A stretch of 64,000 bases of DNA from Fidelibacterota bacterium (GTDB lineage Bacteria; Fidelibacterota; UBA8477; JABMPR01), in NCBI GenBank assembly GCA_013203185.1, contig JABMOS010000019.1:4405-68404 (forward strand). The letters are read 5' to 3'. The notes under the pieces are model-generated. The model saw only the letters and a program-made list of their open reading frames with translations. It had not been told where the DNA came from and searched no databases. A program made the position numbers and the translations under genes. Positions 54,760-63,375 of the stretch are shown here, one piece after another. Each line of letters starts with the position of its first letter. Position 1 is the stretch's first letter.

Positions 54760-56267
54760 AGCGTCTGGTCACTTTCACTTATCTGCTCTTGAGTATGCTT
54801 TTCGCAGATATTGCACAGGCAGAATCTGCTTCAGAGATTCGAATAGGGTCAAAGAAGTTCACTGAATCAGTGATTTTGAGTGAACTTATCACCCAACACC
54901 TCCAAAACAACAATGTTTCAGCATCACACAAAGATCAACTTGGTGGAACCCGATTGCTCTGGAATGCTCTGGTCCAGGGGGAACTGGATATCTATCCCGA
55001 CTATACAGGCACGATTATATACGAAATACTGCAAGGTAATGAGATTTCATCAGATGCAGATATCAAGGCTGCTCTTGCTCAGTATGGCGTGAGTATGACA
55101 GATCCTTTGGGTTTCAATAATACTTATGCCCTGGGGGTTACACCGCCGACTGCTAGAAAGTTCTCACTCGAAAAGATTAGCGATTTAGAACAACATCCCA
55201 AACTCAAGTTTGGTTTTACCAATGAGTTTATGGATCGTGAGGATGGGTGGCCCGGCCTAAGAAATCATTACCAACTACCCCAAACCGAAGTCCGCGGTTT
55301 AGATCATGACCTGGCATATAAGGGGCTGGAGGCAGGCTCCATTGACCTCATTGATCTCTATTCAACGGATGCTGAAATCGCCTATTATCAATTAAGTGTT
55401 TTGGAAGATGACAAGAGCTACTTCCCTGATTACCGAGCAGTAATACTCTATAGAACTGATCTGCTAGATCGCTCCCCAGGGGTTCAAAACTATTTAGCTC
55501 AGCTAAGTGGAAGTATTTCAGAGACTGAGATGATCCAGATGAATTCTGCCGTCAAATTGGATGGTCACAGTGAGGCTGAAGTAGCACAGAGTTTCTTGAA
55601 TATTAAGTTTAATACGCTCTCCAAAATCAAAGTCTCTACAAGACTTGACCGATTAATCGCAACCACATCAGAGCATTTATTCCTGGTCTGTATTTCTCTG
55701 GGCGCGGCCATTCTGGTAGCCATTCCCCTGGGGATCTGGGGCGCCAGGAATGAAACCCTAGGTCAGATTATTCTTAGTATAGTGGGTATTATACAGACCA
55801 TACCTTCACTGGCATTGCTGGTTTTCATGATCCCTCTCCTGGGAATTGGTGGACCACCTGCACTGGTAGCCTTATTCCTCTATAGCCTGCTTCCTATCGT
55901 ACGAAATACTTTAAGTGGTTTAACGGGACTTCCCCTTGCGGTACAGGAATCAGCTCGAGCCCTTGGTCTACCCCCAGCAGCTCAACTAAGACTAATCGAA
56001 CTCCCCCTGGCTGCTCGTTCGATTCTGGCAGGCATAAAAATATCAGCAGTTATTAATGTCGGTACGGCAACGCTGGGCGCTTTGATTGGCGCAGGTGGAT
56101 ATGGCCAACCTATACTCACCGGAATTAGACTGGACGATACCAGCCTCATTCTCGAAGGTGCAATTCCGGCTGCGGTTCTTGCGCTGCTTGTTCAATGGAG
56201 TTTTGATTTTGCTGAACGCACTTTACTCTCACCTGGATTACAAAGGAAACAGGATTCTGTATCATGA
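54756..56267 (+). CDS. Fused substrate-binding domain (N-terminal) and permease (C-terminal) of an OpuB/OpuC-type quaternary-amine ABC transporter
   Basis: Signal peptide. SBP block IRIGSKKFTESVILSELI...LGGTRLLWNALVQGELDIYPDYTGTI. Then a 5-6 TM permease with IPSLALLVFMIPLLGIGGPPALVALFLYSLLPIVRNT and the EAA-like ESARALG. ATGA overlap with egtD. Confidence 0.8.
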   Translation: MKRLVTFTYLLLSMLFADIAQAESASEIRIGSKKFTESVILSELITQHLQNNNVSASHKDQLGGTRLLWNALVQGELDIYPDYTGTIIYEILQGNEISSDADIKAALAQYGVSMTDPLGFNNTYALGVTPPTARKFSLEKISDLEQHPKLKFGFTNEFMDREDGWPGLRNHYQLPQTEVRGLDHDLAYKGLEAGSIDLIDLYSTDAEIAYYQLSVLEDDKSYFPDYRAVILYRTDLLDRSPGVQNYLAQLSGSISETEMIQMNSAVKLDGHSEAEVAQSFLNIKFNTLSKIKVSTRLDRLIATTSEHLFLVCISLGAAILVAIPLGIWGARNETLGQIILSIVGIIQTIPSLALLVFMIPLLGIGGPPALVALFLYSLLPIVRNTLSGLTGLPLAVQESARALGLPPAAQLRLIELPLAARSILAGIKISAVINVGTATLGALIGAGGYGQPILTGIRLDDTSLILEGAIPAAVLALLVQWSFDFAERTLLSPGLQRKQDSVS

Positions 56268-57286
56268 CTGAAACACTTAGTTCACCCCAGATTATCAAGG
56301 CTCAAGATCATATTGAAAACCCGACTATGGCTTTTGCCAAGGACGTACTTACAGGGCTAAACAAATCACCCAAGCGGCTGTCTTCTGTCTATTTCTATGA
56401 TGAACGCGGCTCCCAAATATTTGAAGAAATTTGCGATCTCGAGGAATATTATCTCACACGAAAGGAAACTGAAATTCTTCAGCGTTCTGCAGCAGAAATC
56501 ATTTCAAAACTGCCTCCCAACACCCATCTCGTGGAATTGGGAAGTGGTAGCTCAACAAAAACCAGGATATTGTTGGAAGCAGCCCTGGCAAGCTTTGGCA
56601 CTACTCAATATTCACCCATCGATGTTTCAGCTGAAATCCTGACAGATACCGTGAAAGATCTCAACCAGCGCTATCCAGATCTCCAGTTGGAAGCCATCGC
56701 AGGCCGCTATGAGTTTGGTATGGATTATATCCTTAAAAACAGCACCTCATCCAAATGTATTATGTGGCTAGGTTCCAGTATTGGAAATTTAACCCGAATT
56801 GAAGCAGCACAATTTTTGCGTGAAGTCCGCAAAACCATGGGTGATCAGGACAGCTTGCTCCTGGGAATTGATCTCCGTAAAGGACCTGAAATTCTGGAAC
56901 CAGCATATGATGATGCCCAAGGTGTCACCGCTGACTTCAACCTGAATTTACTTGATCGTATCAACTCTGAGTTGGGTGGTACTTTTAAGCGTAACAACTT
57001 CCACCATCAGGCTGTTTATAATGTCGATGAAGGTCGTATAGAAATGTATCTGGTCAGCGACATCGACCAGGAAACAGAAATCAAAAATATTGGAGCCAAA
57101 ATCTCATTCCATAAGGATGAGAAAATCTTGACTGAATATTCATATAAGTATTCACACTCTGAAATTACGGCTCTCGCAGAAGCCTCAGGCTTTTTTCTGG
57201 AGCAACAATGGTTGGATGATTCCGGCTGGTTTAGTCTGAATTGTTTTAAACCCCAAACTAACGCGGCTGAATTGCGCGCCCTATAA
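56264..57286 (+). CDS. egtD: L-histidine N-alpha-methyltransferase EgtD (hercynine synthase)
   Basis: YFYDERGSQIFEEICDLEEYYLTRKETEIL, LVELGSGSSTKTRILLEA, YSPIDVS, WLGSSIGN, ..TEYSYKY: the canonical EgtD/dimethylhistidine methyltransferase blocks. Confidence 0.85.
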   Translation: MTETLSSPQIIKAQDHIENPTMAFAKDVLTGLNKSPKRLSSVYFYDERGSQIFEEICDLEEYYLTRKETEILQRSAAEIISKLPPNTHLVELGSGSSTKTRILLEAALASFGTTQYSPIDVSAEILTDTVKDLNQRYPDLQLEAIAGRYEFGMDYILKNSTSSKCIMWLGSSIGNLTRIEAAQFLREVRKTMGDQDSLLLGIDLRKGPEILEPAYDDAQGVTADFNLNLLDRINSELGGTFKRNNFHHQAVYNVDEGRIEMYLVSDIDQETEIKNIGAKISFHKDEKILTEYSYKYSHSEITALAEASGFFLEQQWLDDSGWFSLNCFKPQTNAAELRAL

Positions 57287-57297
57287 AGGAGTATCAA

Positions 57298-57579
57298 ATG
57301 AAAGCCATTTGGAACGACAAAATTATTGCTGAAAGTGACAAAACCATCATCATCGAAGGGAATCATTATTTCCCTGTTGAATCAGTGAATCCCACATATC
57401 TCAAAGACAGTGAAACCCATACTATCTGCCACTGGAAAGGAACTGCTAGCTATCACCACATTGAAGTAGATGGCCAGGATAACCCAGATGCCGCATGGTA
57501 CTACCCGGACCCCTTAGATGCTGCTCAACCTATCAAAGACCATATTGCCTTTTGGAAGGGTGTCGAAGTTATCCAGTAG
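57298..57579 (+). CDS. DUF427 domain protein
   Basis: IAESDKTIIIEGNHYFP...V.......S.THT.C.WKG.ASYH.I.V.G..N.DAAWYYPDP...A..IK..IAFW.GV matches the DUF427 pattern; 93 aa. Confidence 0.7.
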   Translation: MKAIWNDKIIAESDKTIIIEGNHYFPVESVNPTYLKDSETHTICHWKGTASYHHIEVDGQDNPDAAWYYPDPLDAAQPIKDHIAFWKGVEVIQ

Positions 57580-57779
57580 TCCTCAATAGACTGGATAGTA
57601 CTTGCACAGCTTTCAATCATCCCTAAAATATGAGCACGCTTTAATAATCGTATCTTGGTCCTGCTGATTTACTCCATCAATATTTTTCTATTGGTGAATT
57701 AAAGTGCAGGACAGTTCTCTAAAAGCAGGTATTTGAGAGTAACAATTCTCAGATCAATCATAATGAAAAGGAAAACAGC

Positions 57780-58394
57780 ATGAAAAAAGTATCATTTAGT
57801 ATTTTGTTTGTTTTGTTAAGTGTTGGCCTCTTTGCAGGTCTTCCTGTTGGTGAGAATGCACCTCTCCTGGAGCTCTCCGGTGACGCTGGAGGTAGAGTGG
57901 ATGATACTGCATGGAGCAGCAGTGAACTAGTTGGAAAAGTTTGGGTGGTTGTCCATGCCGATCCAGATGAGAGTGAAATGAACAATGCAGCCACAGAAGC
58001 TTTAAAGGCTAAAGATTATGATTTAGACTATTACGGTTCTGTTGCCCTGATAAACATGGCCGCAACCTGGAAACCAAATTTTGCCATCAACCTGATTCTT
58101 ACAGGAAAACAGAAGGACTATCCCAGTACCGTCTATGTACGCGACAATGACAACCTGGTGGGCGAAAAATGGGGTCTGGCAAATGACTCAAACAACATGG
58201 TCGTTTTTGATCCCACAGGGAGAGTGATTTTTAGTGTGGATGGTCAGGTTTCCGACAATGATATCAAAAAGATGATCGCTATGATCAATGTTGAAATTGA
58301 ATTATTGAGAAACCCCCCCCCTCCACCAGAAGAAGAAGTTGATGAGACCATGGAAATGGAAGAAGCTGCAGAAGATACCGAGGCCACTGAATAG
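57780..58394 (+). CDS. YtfJ-family periplasmic (thioredoxin-fold-like) protein with Pro/Glu-rich tail
   Basis: Signal peptide. Colinear with my recollection of E. coli YtfJ (W.S..LVGKV.V..H.A.......N......A.KA........Y......IN...A........ ... VV.D..GRV.....G). C-terminal NPPPPPEEEVDETMEMEEAAEDTEATE. Confidence 0.55.
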   Translation: MKKVSFSILFVLLSVGLFAGLPVGENAPLLELSGDAGGRVDDTAWSSSELVGKVWVVVHADPDESEMNNAATEALKAKDYDLDYYGSVALINMAATWKPNFAINLILTGKQKDYPSTVYVRDNDNLVGEKWGLANDSNNMVVFDPTGRVIFSVDGQVSDNDIKKMIAMINVEIELLRNPPPPPEEEVDETMEMEEAAEDTEATE

Positions 58395-58420
58395 TTAAAA
58401 AATAAGCCCTAATCGTTATA

Positions 58421-58454
58421 AAAAGACCATCTGTCACCAGGTGGTCTTTTTTTT
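58421..58454. terminator. Bidirectional rho-independent terminator
   Basis: AAAA-GACCATCTG-tcac-CAGGTGGTC-TTTTTTTT (9-bp stem with one G-U), between convergent genes. Confidence 0.8.
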
Positions 58455-58459
58455 AATCT

Positions 58460-59248
58460 TTACCAGTCAATTCCTCCTGGACAGGTAATCCAGATGCACA
58501 ATTTGGGCGGGAGTTTTTGCTGCTTTTTCAAGTAACTGAATAAGGTACCCATAAAAATTGGATCCCAAGTTTGACCAGTCACTTTGCGCACATCCCTCAT
58601 CACCTTTATGCGCTCCTTTAGGCCTGGTTTCCAGAGACCGGCTGATTTCCTTAGACTCATATATTTAAGAATTCGTATCCCCAAGGGTTGCGTTAATACA
58701 CCGGTTACACCATCAGTTTGCCGGGCAATACTTGTGAGGAGATCACCAGAAGCTACTGCCACCACATGGTGAAAATCTTCGCCAGTTGTCTTGATCGTTT
58801 CTTTCACGGCATTTTGAGTGGGAAGATCAGATCCAAGGCTCCCGCCAATGCTCATAAAATGATGTCCAGATCTAGCTTTTCTTTTTTGCCTGTTAAACGC
58901 CAAACTCATAGACCATGAAGAATCCACCTTTTGGATGATGTTCTCTCGAGAATCTAGTAATGTGGTCATGGCTTTTTCGTAAGGTCCTCCTCCATAGTGG
59001 GTACCATAAAGATGGATCATCACCTCAGGCAAGAGGCTGGATAGCGTATAGGCAGTATGGGAACCTGCATAAGAAAGCAAGTGGATGTGTTTTACATCTT
59101 CAAGTTCTTGTACAAATTGCTCAAGAGCGCGTCTTTTTTTACCGCCACCATCTGGGAGTAAATCCTCACGAACAAGGGCTACTTGCTCAACGTTCAACCA
59201 TCGTGCTAACTTCTGGTCAAACTCGATCTGAGTCGATAGCGTGGTCAT
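58460..59248 (-). CDS. Short DcyD/ACC-deaminase-like (fold-type II PLP) protein
   Basis: Blocks parallel to D-cysteine desulfhydrase as recalled: VREDLLPDGGGKKRRALEQF (cf. KRDD..P...GGNKLRKLEF, PLP lysine), SIGGSLGS (cf. PVGGSNALG), VVAVASGD, DPIFMGTLF (cf. DPVYTGKA), WITCPGG (cf. FIHTGG). Only 262 aa. Confidence 0.45.
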   Translation of the reverse strand: MTTLSTQIEFDQKLARWLNVEQVALVREDLLPDGGGKKRRALEQFVQELEDVKHIHLLSYAGSHTAYTLSSLLPEVMIHLYGTHYGGGPYEKAMTTLLDSRENIIQKVDSSWSMSLAFNRQKRKARSGHHFMSIGGSLGSDLPTQNAVKETIKTTGEDFHHVVAVASGDLLTSIARQTDGVTGVLTQPLGIRILKYMSLRKSAGLWKPGLKERIKVMRDVRKVTGQTWDPIFMGTLFSYLKKQQKLPPKLCIWITCPGGIDW

Positions 59249-60300
59249 CTTGCTAATAGTTTTGACAGCCTTGGCGCTACATATTGAGAACCAATCATAA
59301 ACTTCATTGGGGGCCCAAAGAACATTTCTGTTGAGGGTCCGATAAAGTATAAGTCCCGCATGGAACTCATAAAATTTTTGTCAATACGGGGCATGGCAGC
59401 TCTCATTTCAAGGCTATTTCGCAAATCTTCAGCCAAAAAACTCATATGATTTAGCGTGTAATTGTAGCCTGTAGCAGAAATGACATGATCATAGTTATTT
59501 AAATCCGGTAAGCTTGAAAACCTGTCAACATCAGCCAGCTTAATTTTGTGATCCGGCGTCATGGTGGTTGCAGAAAATATCGAGAACAAATATTGAACGA
59601 GACGATGAGGTAAGCGTCGGAAGAGACCTGCACTTTTTACAACCAGGTTGAATATCCATTTAGGCAGATCCAATGGTTCAGAGTAGAACCGGGGTTCTTT
59701 TCGGGCATACCAATGAACCTGGTTATCATTTTTCCTGCAAACTTCCATGGCTTCTGCTGCGGATTGCCCCGCACCAACAACCAATACCCTTTTTCCCTGT
59801 AAGGCTTCGATTTCCTGGGTGTAATAGCTGTGAATGACATCACTGGCCTCAGAGAATTCTGTTGGAACATTAAGATGGTGTGCCACACCAGTGGCAATCA
59901 CCACTTGTTTGGCTTCCAAGACTGCTCCAGATTCCAGTTCTGCCTGGAAATAGCTCTTTTTCTTTGACAGATTCGCCAAATATTCTGGTTGAATATCATA
60001 GGGTACTTGAGCCAACACCCACTCAACGTATTGACGGTATTCCTTTACACCTATGCGTTCACTTGATATACCTATGGGGAGGCCATTTTTTGCGCGAAAG
60101 TTTTGTATGGAATAGGTGCGATGTGGATGAGCAATTTCTGAAGTTGCCATTTCTGATCGTAATGAGGCATCTGTGAAAGTATGATTTCTCCAGAGCTCCA
60201 TGGGCTTGCCAATTATCTTAAAATCCAACCCTAATTCTGACATGTAGTTCGCCAGGGATAGGCCATATGGTCCTGCTCCCACGATTAATACTGGAATCAT
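59245..60300 (-). CDS. FAD/NAD(P)-binding oxidoreductase, flavin monooxygenase-like
   Basis: Two Rossmann dinucleotide motifs: N-terminal MIPVLIVGAGPYGLSLA and central KRVLVVGAGQSAAE, plus an ATG motif (VISATGY). Start placed at 60300 (GGGAG upstream, 4 nt after the Lgt-like stop); the ORF opens at 60339. 4-nt overlap with the downstream gene. Confidence 0.7.
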   Translation of the reverse strand: MIPVLIVGAGPYGLSLANYMSELGLDFKIIGKPMELWRNHTFTDASLRSEMATSEIAHPHRTYSIQNFRAKNGLPIGISSERIGVKEYRQYVEWVLAQVPYDIQPEYLANLSKKKSYFQAELESGAVLEAKQVVIATGVAHHLNVPTEFSEASDVIHSYYTQEIEALQGKRVLVVGAGQSAAEAMEVCRKNDNQVHWYARKEPRFYSEPLDLPKWIFNLVVKSAGLFRRLPHRLVQYLFSIFSATTMTPDHKIKLADVDRFSSLPDLNNYDHVISATGYNYTLNHMSFLAEDLRNSLEMRAAMPRIDKNFMSSMRDLYFIGPSTEMFFGPPMKFMIGSQYVAPRLSKLLAR

Positions 60301-60304
60301 ATTG

Positions 60305-61315
60305 TCACCAACTCCCAATTTTTCTGCCATGGGTTCCATAGGCCAACCCCATTATCACTGGAGCCAGGATGAGCACACCAAGGCTAGCCCGCAGACTCTG
60401 GAAACCGCTGCTAAGACTAACTTCTGCTACTGAAAACCCGCCCATAAATACATAGACCATGATCCCGAAACTCAGAACCATAAATGATACGCTAAACCAT
60501 TGCCAGATAGTCAACCCGAAAAAATAAACTCTGGGAAATTCACCCCGTAAAAACTCAATAGTAAAGCGTTTTATTCCATATAGTCCCATATAGATAGCAG
60601 CCAACATACCAATTGGCCGGCCATCCCAGAATAGGCTTAGCGATAGTATCGATAAGTAAATAGCTGTATTGACCAGCACTGAATACAGTTGGGTCGGATG
60701 CAATCGCTTGCCTCTAAGTTCTGGATTAAAGCGCAACACCTTTGTCCTGGAATCGAAGTAGCGAATTCCTGGCTGATGATCAGTAGTACATTCTCTTCCA
60801 TGGCAGCATCCATAGTTCAGACATCCTAATCGTCCAAATGCTTGAGCTAATGGGACACCCAGTGCGAAGGCATCCAGAAGTGCCAACATGGGGATATTGT
60901 TAAAAGAGGCGAAAGCTGTTATCATTAGCAATCCTCCCGTAAGACTACCCCACAATCCAAAACTTACAGTACGGATATACTCAATAAATGTTTTTTCACC
61001 TGAGAGCCAAGTTTTTATATCTAAAAATCTTGTCATTATATATCCAGATACGGGTGCCACCAGTGCGATGAATAAGGCGAGTTGACTAATCTGGAAATTT
61101 TGAGGTACAATCTGGTAGGCCCCCAGGTAAAAGATGACATGGAGAGCGGCCAATAAGGTTCCCACACCTACAAATAGACCAAAACCCACTAGAGTGAAGG
61201 ATTGCCCCTGATATAGTACAACAGGACCAAAATCACCACCCCCGGTGAGCGACTTTGCTCTCGCCCCTCCGGTATCCGTTAAACCGTCTATCGTTTCTAC
61301 TCGTTCATTCATCAT
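60305..61315 (-). CDS. Divergent prolipoprotein diacylglyceryl transferase (Lgt) family membrane protein
   Basis: Polytopic. Lgt-like blocks AFGRLGCLNYGCCHGR (cf. E. coli GAGRLGNFINGELWGR), LHPTQLYSVL (cf. RHPSQLYEL), GLYGIKRFTIEFLR (cf. GYGAFRIIVEFFR). The Asn and Glu of the signature motif are replaced by Cys. Confidence 0.6.
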   Translation of the reverse strand: MMNERVETIDGLTDTGGARAKSLTGGGDFGPVVLYQGQSFTLVGFGLFVGVGTLLAALHVIFYLGAYQIVPQNFQISQLALFIALVAPVSGYIMTRFLDIKTWLSGEKTFIEYIRTVSFGLWGSLTGGLLMITAFASFNNIPMLALLDAFALGVPLAQAFGRLGCLNYGCCHGRECTTDHQPGIRYFDSRTKVLRFNPELRGKRLHPTQLYSVLVNTAIYLSILSLSLFWDGRPIGMLAAIYMGLYGIKRFTIEFLRGEFPRVYFFGLTIWQWFSVSFMVLSFGIMVYVFMGGFSVAEVSLSSGFQSLRASLGVLILAPVIMGLAYGTHGRKIGSW

Positions 61316-61338
61316 TTCAGCCCTTGAATTCAGTTATA

Positions 61339-61361
61339 ATTGTGACTTATTCGATCACAAT
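61339..61361. promoter_or_regulatory. Inverted repeat, candidate TetR operator in divergent promoter region
   Basis: ATTGTGA-N9-TCACAAT lies between the Lgt-like operon (minus) and the tetR gene (plus). Confidence 0.4.
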
Positions 61362-61451
61362 ATAGGCTTCACAAAGATTTTACGTGTCAGCATGATTACA
61401 TTTTAAGAAAAGAATGATTTGGAATAAATGAATGATCGTTTATTATAGAGA

Positions 61452-62024
61452 GTGAGAGTTAAAGACGAACATAAGCAACAGGCCATAATCAGTGCAACTA
61501 TTGCCCTGGTAAATGAGATAGGTTTTGCCTCCAGCTCCGTATCCAAGATCGCCAAACGGGCTGAAGTTTCACCAGCAACTATTTACATCTATTACAAAAA
61601 TAAAGATGATTTGCTGGTTTCCACTTATGTAACCATTAAGACCTGTCTCGGCGATGCTTTGATGGCAGATTTTGATGCCTCGCTCCCGGTGGAGGATGCC
61701 TTGATGAACACAGGTGTCAACCTCTTCAATTATATCTCTGCTAATTCTGAGTTATTCTATTTTACAGAGCAATTTGCTAATTCACCCTATAACGATCTGG
61801 TGGATAAGGAAAAAATTGAAGCCGCTTTCCTACCTTTATTGGATGTCCTGAAGCAGGGTATTAAAGATAAAATCATCAAGGACGTGCCATTTGAGCTCAT
61901 CTTCTCCCACCTGTACTACCCCATCTTTGGTTTAGCAAATCCACGTTTAAATCCGGATTTTAAAGCTACACCAGACAATGTTAGAGCAGTCATGTCCATG
62001 GCCTGGGATGCTATAAAAGTATGA
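61452..62024 (+). CDS. TetR/AcrR family transcriptional regulator
   Basis: HTH IISATIALVNEIGFASSSVSKIAKRAEVSPATIYIYYKNKDDLL. GTG start per the ORF track. Confidence 0.85.
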   Translation: MRVKDEHKQQAIISATIALVNEIGFASSSVSKIAKRAEVSPATIYIYYKNKDDLLVSTYVTIKTCLGDALMADFDASLPVEDALMNTGVNLFNYISANSELFYFTEQFANSPYNDLVDKEKIEAAFLPLLDVLKQGIKDKIIKDVPFELIFSHLYYPIFGLANPRLNPDFKATPDNVRAVMSMAWDAIKV

Positions 62025-62044
62025 TTCGGGGTACACTAACATCT

Positions 62045-62102
62045 ATAACCAGGCTTCGCTTCACCCGCCGCTGTTGGCGGGGTTTTAGCTACGCCGTGGT
62101 TA
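62045..62102 (+). terminator. Nested hairpin element / probable terminator downstream of tetR
   Basis: Inner hairpin CCCGCC-gctgtt-GGCGGG followed by GTTTT (62064..62086). It is enclosed by the outer pairing ATAACCAGG (62045..62053) / CCGTGGTTAT (62093..62102). Confidence 0.5.
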
Positions 62103-62178
62103 TCCGCCTCAACGATTCAACCATATCCCGCCCAGATCGTGAATTAGTCGGATAAAAAAAATTTACAAGGATAACTGA

Positions 62179-63357
62179 ATGAATATTCGTTTAAATAAAT
62201 CACTAAAAAGAACAGGAAAGATCATCATCAGCTTATTGTTGATCCTTACTGGTTCCGTTTTTACCATCAATACCGTCTTCTCGGCGGCCAAATATGATCA
62301 AGGAGACAATCCTTTGAAAAAAATCCAAGCTTCCCCTCAATACAAGGACGGGAAATTCACAAATCCCAAAGTGTTGGAAATGAATCCTGGCTTTGGCATG
62401 ATAAAAAAGTACCTATTTGGTAAGGAACAGCGCTCCCCTGAAGAAATCCTTCCTCAAAATAAAATTGACCTCACTCTCCTCGAATCTGCTGACAGCTCTT
62501 ATCTAAAAGTCACCAATGCAGGACACTCCTCCCTTCTCATCCACATGGATGGATATCGCATCCTTACAGACCCGGTTTATGAGGCTAAACTCACGCCTGT
62601 AGGCCCCACTCGTTTTAACAAGGATATCCCAATTGATCCCACCGAGTTAAAGAATATTGATGTGGTGGTTATTTCCCATAATCATTATGATCACCTCAAC
62701 AAATACTCCATCAAGACCATTCACCCTGAAGTTGCTCGCTTTATCGTCCCGCTAGGCGTTGGAGCACAACTAGAAAAATGGGGCGTTCCCCGTGAGAAGA
62801 TTACCGAACTGGATTGGTGGGATTCCTTTGATTACGATGAAAAGCTAACCATCACCTCTACCCCCAGCCAACACTTTTCCGGTCGAGGACTTGCTGATCG
62901 TAATGAAACCTTATGGACCTCGTATGTCATTGCCAGCCTGGACCACAATATCTACTTCAGTGGAGATTCTGGCTATTTCGATGGCTTCAAAACCATCGGT
63001 GAGAAATACGGACCCTTTGATATCGCATTTATGGAGTGTGGAGCCTATAACAAGGAGTGGGCAGATGTCCATATGTTTCCAGAGCAGACCGTTCAAGCCT
63101 CTCTGGATCTAAAGGCCCATTATGTCTGGCCCATTCACTGGGGCACCTTCAACCTGGCTCTCCATGATTGGTTCGATCCCATGAAGCGAGTTACCATTGC
63201 TGCTGAAGCAAACGGTGTACGCTTGCTGACCCCCATATTTGGCCAAGTTGTCGAGTATCCTGGTAGAATGCAGACCAAAAAATGGTGGGCGCCCTACTTA
63301 CCTGAGAGGCCAACTGTGATGGATGTTGAACCCAATGCACAAATTGATACACCTTAA
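62179..63357 (+). CDS. MBL-fold metallo-hydrolase (NAPE-PLD-like) with N-terminal membrane anchor
   Basis: HxHxDH motif in VVISHNHYDHLN, downstream FSGDSGY and His-containing blocks. TM/signal helix at the N-terminus. Confidence 0.8.
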   Translation: MNIRLNKSLKRTGKIIISLLLILTGSVFTINTVFSAAKYDQGDNPLKKIQASPQYKDGKFTNPKVLEMNPGFGMIKKYLFGKEQRSPEEILPQNKIDLTLLESADSSYLKVTNAGHSSLLIHMDGYRILTDPVYEAKLTPVGPTRFNKDIPIDPTELKNIDVVVISHNHYDHLNKYSIKTIHPEVARFIVPLGVGAQLEKWGVPREKITELDWWDSFDYDEKLTITSTPSQHFSGRGLADRNETLWTSYVIASLDHNIYFSGDSGYFDGFKTIGEKYGPFDIAFMECGAYNKEWADVHMFPEQTVQASLDLKAHYVWPIHWGTFNLALHDWFDPMKRVTIAAEANGVRLLTPIFGQVVEYPGRMQTKKWWAPYLPERPTVMDVEPNAQIDTP

Positions 63358-63375
63358 GGAGATGAGGGGTCTAGA

